From Girardia tigrina (lineage: Eukaryota): a stretch of 53,865 nt of DNA. Each line of letters begins with the position of its first letter. Position 1 is the first letter of the stretch. The translations under genes and the position numbers were made by a program. The notes beneath the pieces were generated by a model. The model did no database searches. It was not told where the DNA came from and was given only the letters and a program-made list of their open reading frames with translations. The DNA lies in contig MQRK01248958.1 in NCBI GenBank assembly GCA_001938485.1, positions 7,849-61,713 on the forward strand, given 5' to 3'. Shown in pieces: positions 13,310 to 24,150 of this stretch.

Positions 13310-14403
13310 TACGGTATGCAAGCTTTCGGATCTTGTCAAAGTACCATTCCGGCTGCTTCGAATTGAAGAACTCTTGACATGCTTGTTCAACTTCATCGAA
13401 TGGTTCGAATCGGAGGCCTTTCAAGAAGTGTTGCATGGATCGAAAGAGGCCATAGTCGGATGGAGCGCAATCAGGCCTGTAAGCAGGATGCGGCAGGATT
13501 TCGACTCCGTCCACCACGTGAATCTGCCCGTGGTTTTCTGGACGGTATGCGGCTTGGCATTGTCTTGCTGAAGCAGTGCACGTTTTCGTCGATTAAGGCA
13601 GGGTACTTCTCCTTGAGCTTCTCGTAGATACGGTCCAACTGTTGACAATAGAACTCTGCTTTGATGGCCTGGCCGTTCTGAACCAACTCAAAATGAGCAA
13701 CTCCCTTAAAGTTCCACCAGACGCACAACATGATTTTCAAGACAAATCGATCTTGTTTTGGAACTGACGGTGTTGCTGCACCCGGTGGAACCCATCGCTT
13801 GTCTAGTTTTGGTTGACCAAGTAGACTCACTTCTCGTCCGACGTCACAATTCGTTTCCAAAAGCGGTCATCTCGTGGATTCTGTAGCAGTTGTCGGCAAA
13901 TTTGGACTCTTTTATGGACCTGTGCTTTTGTGAGTTTGTGTGAATCTTGAGTTTGTGCACAAAGTCGAGCTGCTTCAAATGCCAATGTATGGTTGACTTG
14001 CCAACTCTAAGCTTAAATGCCAAATCGCAAGTGCTTGACGAAGGCTTAATGTCCAACTCTGCTGTCATCGTTATCCAATTTTGTTGGTTGTCCAGAACGA
14101 GGACTGTCATTCAAGTCAAAGTTTCCTTTATTGAAACGCTTGAACCAATCAATTGCCGTACTTTTTCCGACCGTTTGTGTACCTTCAACTTTGCAAATTG
14201 CTTTGGCAGCATCTCGTGTTGTCAAGCCTTTCTTCCAATAGTGACGCAGCAACACACGGATTTCGAGCTATGTAATCTCCTAGTCTATATAATTCTAAAA
14301 ATAAATCGATACATATATATATATGTATCAAAAAATAATACCAAAAAAATTTGAAAATAAATTTTACTTTCATTATTGACCGGGAACTTCTAGGACAACG
14401 TAA
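13310..14403 (-). mobile_element. mariner transposon relic (frameshifted transposase, 3' TIR not seen)
   Basis: ORF pieces WFKRFNKGNFDLNDSPRSGQP, KIMLCVWWNFKGVAHFEL, QQDNAKPH, HPAYRPDCAPSDYGLFRS; 5' TIR TTACGTTGTCCTAGAAGTTCC near 14383-14403. Confidence 0.93.
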
Positions 14404-14815
14404 TATATTAGTGCAGACAGTGTAGGAAATTTATCTTTTTAACAGTAAATTATTGCAAAATTCAGAGAAAATTTCTTTCGAGAATTTCTACTATAATAAT
14501 AAAAAATCACAAACTCTATAAAGCCTAAATTGATACATTAAAAATATCGTTTTGTTAAAATGGTAACCTAAAAAGGAGATAGCAATAATATCATCCATCA
14601 GTTTCTATATCGGATATTATTCATCGGATTTTATAAAAAAATAAAGAATATGATATTTTGATGTCTACATTAAAGAGAACCTTTCCTAAAAATATTCTAG
14701 ATAAAATAATAAAATTGTTAAATTCTATAATAAATAATAATATTTTAAAAATATTTAAATATACATTTTAACAATAATGAAAAAAAAGTCATTTATTATT
14801 AAATTTATTATGAAA

Positions 14816-14851
14816 ACAGACGCGTTTCACCATTATTAACATCTTCAGTGT
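14816..14851 (-). ncRNA. minimal type I hammerhead ribozyme motif (Penelope-associated)
   Basis: Minus strand: ACA-CTGAAGA-TGTTAATAATGGT-GAAA-CGCGTC-TGT; palindromic ACGCGT stem III; lies just 3' of a GIY-YIG relic. Confidence 0.6.
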
Positions 14852-15009
14852 AATGAGAAAAAGGGATTATTTACAATTTATATAAATCAAAAAATATTAC
14901 ATCACACGTCTAAAAAAACAAAAATTATTTTTAATGTCATTTTTAAAAAACTTTATTATTTCAATAAAAATATTTTAATATTATTTGAAAAACTTGAATA
15001 TGACTGAAT

Positions 15010-15197
15010 AAATCCCCTAACATGTTTCAGTATAGCTTATGATGGTTAATTAACAATGCTTCGGCAAAAATCCTTTCATAATTTGTGTTAAAATTATTTA
15101 AAATTACTTAAAAATCTTTTTTAATACGACTTAAAATCGAACTATTTCTACTCGATTAAGTATGTTGAGCAATTCTAGTACGAAACGACGACTTACT
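15010..15197 (-). mobile_element. Penelope-like element GIY-YIG endonuclease fragment
   Basis: SRRFRTRIAQH...NTNYERIFAEALLINHHK..N pattern on the minus strand, with stops. Confidence 0.65.
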
Positions 15198-16526
15198 ATT
15201 AATTAATTAATATTATTTTTAAATTAAAAATGACATAATATTCTATCGATTAATCAGTTAAAGAAAATTAATGTTTTAATAATAAAGAAATCAAGATCTT
15301 TTATATAAAAAATTGTTCATTAAAAATATATAAACTTCGAATTAATAATAATGAAATAATAATAATGCCATTATCAGTTCGAATTAATAATTTGATTTTT
15401 TATGTAATATTTTATTTTTTTTTGATTTTAAATAAAATTTTAGATTTACTGAATTTAAAATTCAAAAATTTTAAGTAACATTTTCTAATACTCAATATTA
15501 CTAATAATAATTAATAATATTATTTTTCGTTCTAAAATTTTTGTTTTATTCATAAAAAAGATTGCTAAATTTTATTGTTTTTTTGGCAAATTTTAATCTG
15601 GTAAGATCAATTGCAAAATTTTGTTCAGGGAAGTTCCAAATATAAATCGAATTAATTTGTTTTATTCTAATAAAATCTTAATGAATTAAATCCGATTTTA
15701 AATTTTTCAAAAAAAATAAAATAAGCCAAAAAAAAGAATTTTTTTATTTATAATTTCAGAAATAATTTGATATATTCCCATTCAAAGTAACGAACAAATG
15801 GATATAAAAACTAAAATTATCGTCCTTAAATTAGAATAATTTTCTTTCTTTTTTTTACAAAAATTAGTTACAACAAAAAAAATTTTCGCTGACCGAAAAA
15901 GTTTTTCATTTGATTTTTTTTTCTTTTGACAAATATGACAAAACGTTTTCTTTTTTTCTTATGTTTACTGATAAAGTAGTTTTTATCCCGTAGTAAATTT
16001 TATTAATAATTTTTAATATTAATATAAAATCAATCAGTTATAAGATAACTTTTTAATACAATTTAACAAAAAAATATCGAAGAAAAAAAAGTATATTTAC
16101 ACATTATTAACTAATCACAAAATTAAATATAAAAACTTATTATCAAAAAAATAAATAAAAAATCCCATTTTTTCTTTTAATATAAAAAATATTATATTCT
16201 AATATATAACTCCAGCAAATAATTAACTGTCAAATTTTATTCATTTATTAATTAATATTAATTCGTCTGTAATAAATTACTATCTTTTATTTTTCTTTTA
16301 TTTTGGAGTAGGGGGGGGTGAAATTTTACACACTTATCTGGAAAACATTTTCCTATCCTCATTTATTAATTCCAAAAAAAAATTTTTGATAATTTTCCGC
16401 ACTAAAAATTTCTATTTTTTAGATACAAAAGTCTAATTAAAGTTGTCAAATCTCATTAACATCAATCAAATATTTTTCATTATTTTTTCTATAATTTTCT
16501 TTTTTTTATAAATACGATTTACTTAC

Positions 16527-16559
16527 TTCCTCTCGAAATTTTTTGATATTGTCACCTCT
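16527..16559 (-). CDS. PCBP/mub-like KH protein, exon 3 (33-nt microexon)
   Basis: ttttcag|[11 protein letters not shown]|gtaagt. Confidence 0.92.
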
Positions 16560-16657
16560 CTGAAAAAAAAACAAAAATAATATATATAAAAAAATGTGTT
16601 TAAAAATAATTTGAGCATAAAATAATTTAAAAAAAAACTCAAATAAAATTATCATAC

Positions 16658-16681
16658 CTTTCCAATGATGCTACCGACTTC
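16658..16681 (-). CDS. PCBP/mub-like KH protein, exon 2 (24-nt microexon)
   Basis: cttttccag|EVGSIIGK|gtatga. Confidence 0.92.
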
Positions 16682-16728
16682 CTGGAAAAGATAAAAAATG
16701 AGAAGATAAATATGTTTAATGATCTTAC

Positions 16729-17019
16729 TTTTCCGGACATTAAAATTCGTATTGACAGACAGTTTTCATTAGAGGTTTTTTGATTATTATTATCAATCAC
16801 TAAATTCGATTTGATATCATTGATGATGTTGTAGTTGATGGGAGAGACGATTTGAGTATTAAATTCACAGGAATTAATGAAGGGTAAAGGAGGTAATCCG
16901 GTGAGAGAAATCGGATGAGTAAGTTGACGATTTGGAGGAAATGGAAGAGCACCTATCGGATAGGGAGGTTGAATTCCGGACATGATGGGAAAGTGATTGA
17001 TCAAACCAGGCGTGGACAT
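16729..17019 (-). CDS. PCBP/mub-like (poly(C)-binding, hnRNP E family) KH protein, first coding exon
   Basis: ATG at 17019, Pro-rich N-terminus, ends [10 protein letters not shown]|gtaaga. Spliced KH1 = [50 protein letters not shown], with the GxxG loop. The true start is uncertain. Confidence 0.88.
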
Positions 17020-17908
17020 TGAAATATTTGTTTAAACGACACTGATGATTAAAACAAATTTTGATAACATAAACCAATTATAAATGATATTTCGTTTTGT
17101 TTTATTAAAAAAAAGAAGAAGAAATTAAATCGGGATTTAGGTTTTGATTGAAAATCGTCAATTTGTAAAGAGATTGTTAAAAGCTATAAGAGGGGAAAAT
17201 GAATGAAGAAGAAAGAAAAGAAATATAACAAAACTAAGGTAATTAAATTAACTAAAAATTATGATTTTTCGTTGTGTTTTTAACGAAACTGATTGAATAT
17301 TTCATCGAATTCAATTGGCCAAGTTTGGAAAATGATATTTCATGACTTTCTAAGTGCATAGAAGGGATAAAAGCGCTGTTTGTGCTGTTGGGGAATAAAT
17401 TTATGGGTAATTCGTTGAATAAGTTTTGCATCTGTCATCTTAGGCTGGCATGTCTGACGAATCACTTTCTGTCAAATGGAATATTGGGTTTGGCGGTTTG
17501 AAGTACAATTTATATAATTATACATGAAAATTGGAAGAATTTCCTTTGGATTTTTACTCAAATAAAAATTTTGATAAAAAAATTTAATGATAAAATTTGA
17601 GGGACTTTCTTGTGTTGGGGGTTTTTTCTAATATATATATATAGTCTAGTGAACAATAATTTGAAATTTTTTGAAGAGATATGTGTGAAAGCATTTTTTA
17701 AAAATTCAACATTAAAATTCGATGGGAAAAGTAAAGCAGCCGCAATATTAAATATCTTTACATAAAATAAATTAAATTAATGTGCATTTAAAATAAATAT
17801 ATTTATTAACCATTAAAATTAAACTTTAATATTAATTTAAAATTTTTTATTATCATATATACTTTAAAAATAGTTTCAATTTTTAAAATCAAAATAAAAA
17901 CCAAAAAT

Positions 17909-17957
17909 AAAGTTGCTGAAGAAGGTCAGAAATTATGATCAAAACATGTCCAACTTT
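17909..17957 (+). ncRNA. degenerate minimal hammerhead motif
   Basis: AAAGTTG-CTGAAGA-AGGTCAGAAATTATGATC-AAAA-CATGTC-CAACTTT; 7-bp stem I, GAAA box changed to AAAA. Confidence 0.5.
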
Positions 17958-18139
17958 GAATTTTTAAAAAAATGCTAAACACACACACACATATATAAAT
18001 ATAAATCACATTATCAGTTTAATCAACAATATACGGGATCATAAAATAACTAAAAAACATTTTACGTATAATTTATTGAATTTAAAATAAATTTATTTTA
18101 TTTTTCCTCAAGATTAAGCAAAAATAAACTAAACGTAAT

Positions 18140-18231
18140 TAATTCTATTCTCGCAAACCATGCATTGGCAGCTATCGATTGACATTTGAGAAAACGATAT
18201 GTTTACTCTATTGTTCCGCACTTTACGAAGT
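18140..18231 (+). repeat. unclassified repeat interrupted by the LINE; inverted homolog at about 20903-20996
   Basis: AATTCTATTCTCG...CATTTGAGAAA.CGATATG.TTA.TCTAT.GTTCCG.ACTTT is present here (+) and near 20903-20996 (-). Confidence 0.75.
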
Positions 18232-19834
18232 GGGCCTCCCATCTCTTTCGAATGGTATTGAGCCACTAGGCTCTTTAGAGGGTCCACCCAAACTAAAGAG
18301 TGCTAGCTGCTCCCCGATAGGCCTCCTACGGGGACGGAGTGCTTCAGTCTCCGAAATTTCTTAGGCTTCCCTGTTGCAAACGANNNNNNNNNNNNNNNNN
18401 NNNNNNNNNNNNNNNNNNNNNNNNNNNNNNNNNNNNNNNNNNNNNNGCCACGAAAGGGACATTTGAGCTTTCCCCTCGCATTTGGATCTGCGATCCTAAA
18501 AGTCAAATGTGTATCTTCGGGATAAGTCGTTTGCTCCACCACCGTTGAAATAGTCGGGGTGACTGCTGCTGGCTGAAAATCGGTCGTTTGGATAAGTGTG
18601 GGCTCTTCGTCTCTGTCTGGATTGTCGCCTCTTCTGTTGGATTGCTCCGATGATTCTGTCGGATGTTCATTGATATTCTCCCTCGCATCTATTCGATGAT
18701 CTCTACGCAGATGCCTAGTGAACCATCCTTTCGTTTTGTAACCTTTGCTGCATTTGGCACATTTGAACGGTTTTTCATCTTGTGGGAGCTGAAGCGGGAT
18801 GCTTACTGTGGATTCCGTGTGATCCCGCTTGAGATGTCTATTTAGCTCCTTTTGTTCGGCAAACTCCTTAAAGCAATNNNNNNNNNNNNNNNNNNNNNNN
18901 NNNNNNNNNNNNNNNNNNNNNNNNNNNNNNNNNNNNNNNNNNNNNNNNNNNNNNNNNNNNNNNNNNNNNNNNNNNNNNNNNNNNNNNNNNNNNNNNNNNN
19001 NNNNNNNNNNNNNNNNNNNNNNNNNNNNNNNNNNNNNNNNNNNNNNNNNNNNNNNNNNNNNNNNNNNNNNNNNNNNNNNNNNNNNNNNNNNNNNNNNNNN
19101 NNNNNNNNNNNNNNNNNNNNNNNNNNNNNNNNNNNNNNNNNNNNNNNNNNNNNNNNNNNNNNNNNNNNNNNNNNNNNNNNNNNNNNNNNNNNNNNNNNNN
19201 NNNNNNNNNNNNNNNNNNNNNNNNNNNNNNNNNNNNNNNNNNNNNNNNNNNNNNNNNNNNNNNNNNNNNNNNNNNNNNNNNNNNNNNNNNNNNNNNNNNN
19301 NNNNNNNNNNNNNNNNNNNNNNNNNNNNNNNNNNNNNNNNNNNNNNNNNNNNNNNNNNNNNNNNNNNNNNNNNNNNNNNNNNNNNNNNNNNNNNNNNNNN
19401 NNNNNNNNNNNNNNNNNNNNNNNNNNNNNNNNNNNNNNNNNNNNNNNNNNNNNNNNNNNNNNNNNNNNNNNNNNNNNNNNNNNNNNNNNNNNNNNNNNNN
19501 NNNNNNNNNNNNNNNNNNNNNNNNNNNNNNNNNNNNNNNNNNNNNNNNNNNNNNNNNNNNNNNNNNNNNNNNNNNNNNNNNNNNNNNNNNNNNNNNNNNN
19601 NNNNNNNNNNNNNNNNNNNNNNNNNNNNNNNNNNNNNNNNNNNNNNNNNNNNNNNNNNNNNNNNNNNNNNNNNNNNNNNNNNNNNNNNNNNNNNNNNNNN
19701 NNNNNNNNNNNNNNNACACAACCTTGTCTAACTCCTTTGTTCATATTGAAGGTTTTATCCCCTATTGAACCTTTAAATCCCTCATGAAAGGCTTTGATAA
19801 CTTCAAGCATTCTCCCCCTTATCCCTAGTTTCTT
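18232..19834 (-). mobile_element. 5'-truncated RTE-like LINE (copy 2): RT fragment plus C-terminal C2H2 zinc fingers; interior in an N gap
   Basis: 12-bp TSD ACTTTACGAAGT at 18220-18231 and 19835-19846; RT motif IKAFHEG...KGVRQGC; fingers CFKEF..KELNRHLKRDH, CAKCSKGYKTKGWFTRHLRRDH, CPFRG. Confidence 0.85.
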
Positions 19835-20329
19835 ACTTTACGAAGTAACAGAGTGTCACCAATCTCTAACCTGGTACTATTGAGAGAACACACTGTTCTC
19901 TCAGATTACAATTTAGTCATATATTTTAGTGTAACTGCATTGATGAGATTTTAGATTGTTTTGAGGTTCATGTGAAGGTTAAAATTAAGAGGATTACATT
20001 GAGTGTGAGAAGTTTCATCTCAAAGATAAGCTTTTGGTTGGCTGTCAGTTGTTATCTATATCGTATGTGTAAAATTAGTGAACTTTTCGATTTAGCAAGT
20101 CCACTAATTTTACTATAAAAATATAACAAACAAATATAACTAGATTAAAATATAACAATAAACTTGTAAACGGAAAGATTTAATACAAGGGATACAAGAA
20201 CATTTGACGATCAGTAGACAAATTTAGTAGGCAGTTAAGACAATAAATAAAAATATCCAATATGTCGTATCGTGATCAACTGTTAGTGATTATTACGAAG
20301 GCTGGCAGTTCTGTAAATTATTGCCAATT

Positions 20330-20475
20330 TAGCAGGGTTATAAGGTAAAATATTGAGTTCAGTATCTTTGTTCAGGTTGAGGATTCGATTAGAATTGGAA
20401 TCTCGTTGTTGATGGCGGATGGCTGCAGTTTCCAGAGGAGCTTGATTATAAATCTCAATTCGGATTTACATAACT
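20330..20475 (-). mobile_element. Penelope-like GIY-YIG C-terminal fragment
   Basis: KLLLETAAIRH...ILNLNKDTELNI-like sequence on the minus strand. Confidence 0.4.
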
Positions 20476-21129
20476 TTTCAATCAATTTTGTAATTTCTGG
20501 CAATCAATATTTTTATTGATTGCATTTTCTTTTCATATTAAATAATAATAATGTACTTTTACATTTTTACTTTTACTGACAAATTTCACAACAAAAATAA
20601 AAATCAAACGTCTTGCACTTTCGTAATTTTCAATGAGAATTGCAAAATATCTACCTCAAATCAACCAATCATCCCAATCATTGGGAACACAGAAAACAAA
20701 AACACAAGGTGATTCGCTCTGCACCAAAAATGTGTCGCGGCCACATACTCACAATGGCCCTGAACAGTGGCGTCAACAATCAAGGCACAAACAACAAACA
20801 ATAACATAACAAATACACAAATATACCAATTTCAATATACACAAACACAATATGCGATACTATGGTGTTTTGAAGTAGTGGGTACACTACATTATGTATT
20901 CGTTACTTGTCAAAGTACGGAACGATAGAATAAGCATATCGGTTTCTCAAATGGTAATTAGTAGCTGTAAATGGTTAATTTACGAGAATAGAATTGAGCA
21001 TGGTGAAAATAAATTTATTTCAATTCAAATATTTTATTGATAAAATGTTTTTTAATTATTGTATGATCCAGTATAGTGTGCTTGTTAAGTAAATAGGTTT
21101 GATTGACCTGTTTATTAATTGTTAGCCTA

Positions 21130-22393
21130 TTAGGTTGATGCAAAAGAAATTTAGTTTCTTAACCGTCAACTTTTAATGAATATAACTTTCTTTAGAACTA
21201 CTTTCATTAGTCAAAATAAAAACCATTACATTGAACACACTGTTGCCAACGGGTAACAAATTTTTTTATTCCAGTTTCATAAAATTCTGGAGTTCTGAAG
21301 GCTATGAAGTCGTTCAAGGCTCTTTCAGTATCTCCTTGGTTTCTGAAGCATCTATCGCGAAGGAACTGGCTGAAATGTTTGAAAAGGTGAAAGTCTGTAG
21401 GAGAAAGGTCTGGTGAGTTAGTTGGATGAGGCAAAGTTTCATATCCCAGTTCGTTTAACTTCAGAATGGTCTTTCTTGCAACATGTGGACGAGCATTGTC
21501 ATGCAGAAGAATTGGCCCCTTTCTATTGAGTAATGTCTTTTGTAGTTCTAGGTGCATTTAGTCAATTTGCTGACAATACTTTTCCGCTGTTATGGTTTCA
21601 CCTTGTTTTAGAATGCTGTAATGGATTAAACCGTGTGCGGACCACCAAACAGTTACCATGACTTTTTTGGTGTAATTTTGGCTTCTGGAAAGGCTTTGGA
21701 GCCTCATTGAAATCCAACCACTGAGCTGAACGTCGCTGATTATCGTATGGAATCAATTTTTTATTGCACGATACAATCGATCCAGAAAGGGGTCGCTTTG
21801 ATTACGCAAAAGCAGAGAAGAAAACATGTTAAAACGACGATTTTTTTTATTTTCGTTTAATTCGTGCGGCACTCACTTGTCCAGCTTTTTCACTTAACCA
21901 ATTTTCTTCAGATGGCGAACAACTGTTGATTGGTGAACGTTGAGATCTTGAGCGACTTCCGTGAATTTTTATACGGGTCGGCATTGATTAACTTCTTCAA
22001 ATGGTCGTCGTCAAATTGTGATGGTCGACTACGGTGTTCTTCATCTTCAAGTCTCTCGTTGCCACTAAGAAACTTAGAAAACCAACGTTGTACTGTTCTT
22101 AAATTAGTGGTATGTTGTCCAAATACATTGTTAATATTCCAAGCCGTTTCTGTCACTTTTCGACCTAGTTTGAAATTGTAGAATAAAATTGTTCTAATTT
22201 ACTTCTTTTCTAACATTTCTAAAATAAAATAAATACACCTCAAATTAACAACAATAATGCCATATTTGGTATTAGAGTAAAGTTTAAGCTTTAAAGTAAA
22301 TTTAAATATGAATCTATTTATTAATGATTTTCTAAGTATTTCAAAAAATTAATATTAAATACATTAAAAAGACATTTTTTTGCATCGACCTAA
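21130..22393 (-). mobile_element. full-length decayed mariner (DD34D, Hsmar1/cecropia-like TIR)
   Basis: TA TSDs; TIRs TTAGGTTGATGCAAAAGAAAT and ...TTTTGCATCGACCTAA; motifs VQRWFSKF, K*VPHEL, HDNARPH...SPDLSPTD (34 residues between Asp2 and Asp3); 1264 bp. Confidence 0.95.
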
Positions 22394-22419
22394 TAATAAG
22401 ATTAAATTATTTCTCTTTT

Positions 22420-22800
22420 TGACTGTGAATTGATTCGGTTATTGAAAAATATTGAAAGGTTTTCTGAAAACTGCATTTAAAGAATTTCTACGACAATTTA
22501 TTAAAGGCGACTCCATAACAAAGTCTGTTGGTAGTGTTAATAAAAATATAAAACATAGAAATCACATAATATTTCACTGCAGTTGTAACTACAAATGTTA
22601 TTATCCCACAGTCTGATGTTCTGAAATACTAGATGTAAAAGGTGAAGTCAAGACTTCAAGTTCATTACTTATTTGAAAGAAGACAGAAGGTATGTTATCG
22701 AAGGTTAAACATTTATCAAACTTATCAAGAAACTCGTAGATACAGCCGCAGAAATCTTTGTAATTTTCATTAATGTCAAAGAAAGTAAATAACTGAATTT
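22420..22800 (-). mobile_element. Penelope-like RT fragment
   Basis: Decayed equivalents of SFDV.SLFTS, YYQQ..G.AMGSPL (HYQQ...MESPL) and NFFM.F.E. Confidence 0.45.
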
Positions 22801-22874
22801 TCGCATAATGAAAATAACTTATAAGTTATATGATATCAAATTTATATCACATGAAAAATAAGAAAAGAAGATTC

Positions 22875-23184
22875 AATAATATTATTAATAAAAAAAAATT
22901 TTATAAAAACAACCACGTTTTTCAAGCATTACCAATGCACTAAAAAGAGGAAAATAATTTTTTTCTAGACATGTGCGAAATTTTATACCTAANNNNNNNN
23001 NNNNNNNNNNNNNNNNNNNNNNNNNNNNNNNNNNNNNNNNNNTTTCTATGCCCCACGTTTTTGGTTAGGTATAAAATTTCTCACATGTCTAGAAAAAAAA
23101 TTATTTTCCTCTTTTTAGTGCATTGGTAATGCTTGAAAAACGTGGTTGTTTTTTATAAAAAAAATTTTTATTAATAATATTATT
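22875..23184. repeat. about 120-bp near-perfect inverted repeat around an N gap
   Basis: 22875-22992 is the reverse complement of about 23065-23184. Confidence 0.85.
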
Positions 23185-23639
23185 TAACTATTTTTAGTTA
23201 TCATTTAGGAATTGTTTTTCAAAATTTTTTTTATCAAATTGTATTGTCATCGGAAGCAAGCCTGTATAAAAAAATTCAGCTGAATTGGATGACTGAAAGT
23301 GGTCGAAAAATCAATCGCAAGATTTGTTCCAGACAGACAAACAGACAAGAAAGCAAGCTAATAAAAACGTGGTAAAAATACTGTTGAAGACTTTCAAAAA
23401 GATAGTGAGGATGATGATAATCAAGATAAAGATGATAATTATTCATACATGGGAGGATCACTTGTTCGCGATATTCATAGGTAGTGCAGCAATAGCTTTA
23501 ATTTAAAGAAAAAAACACTTTGCTTATGGCACACAAGTAGTGAAAAGGAGGAGTATCGTAAATTTATAAGTGGAGCTGGACATCTGTATTTATTACATGT
23601 ACACATAGCATAAGTATTAGTCAAGCTGTTGATATCAGC

Positions 23640-24150
23640 ATTTTAGCGGAACTTATCGAGTTTCATATCCTACAAAACATGCATGCAGTCGAATGTCATA
23701 ACAGTAATGTAAATGTTGGTTTCAGATGATTCACCTTGTAAAAGCAATACATCGTCCACAGTATAAGGTCCATATACCTTATGTAAGAAAATGAACTTTC
23801 CTTTCGATAGGATTCTAAAAAACTGGACGGACCTACAAATTGACATCACATATTCTCAGGGTACCTTAGTAAATCGCCACTAACATGTGAACATCTTTGT
23901 GTTGCATACTTAAAAGCAGTCATTCTTGGGGAATGATTATCCCATCTGTAATCTGCAAATCACGAACAGTCTCAGTAAATATTTTAAATAAAGAAATATT
24001 TATGCCAGAATTACTCAATCTATCCTACATAGTCACATATCTAAGTAAACAGCACTGCAAATGATGGGGTAATTAAATCAAAACAGATAACTGTGATGTG
24101 CCGAGTATGTCTTTTGAAGCCAAGATTTAATATCACTAACAGAAATGTAC
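23640..24150 (-). mobile_element. possible CMC/EnSpm-like transposase relic
   Basis: Decayed motifs FTETVRDLQITDG, HVSGDLL, FVGPSS, TFDCMHVL; many stops. Confidence 0.3.

Noticed and set aside
16639-16728. C-terminal part of ORF 16639-17019 (VRSLNIFIFSFF...)
   Set aside because: Read-through into intron 1; the spliced form restores the KH domain.
17340-17505. Specific transcription-factor sites upstream of the PCBP gene
   Set aside because: Plausible promoter region, but short motif matches are not distinguishable from chance without conservation data.
18829-19787. Long X-filled ORFs in the track (also 28468-29397, 37720-37967, 51504-52000)
   Set aside because: Artefacts of translating N gaps and (TA)n tracts.
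23540-23770. Piwi/Argonaute-like fragments (TVDDV, PAP) on minus
   Set aside because: Spacing and catalytic motifs do not fit; a decayed DNA transposase explains it at least as well.
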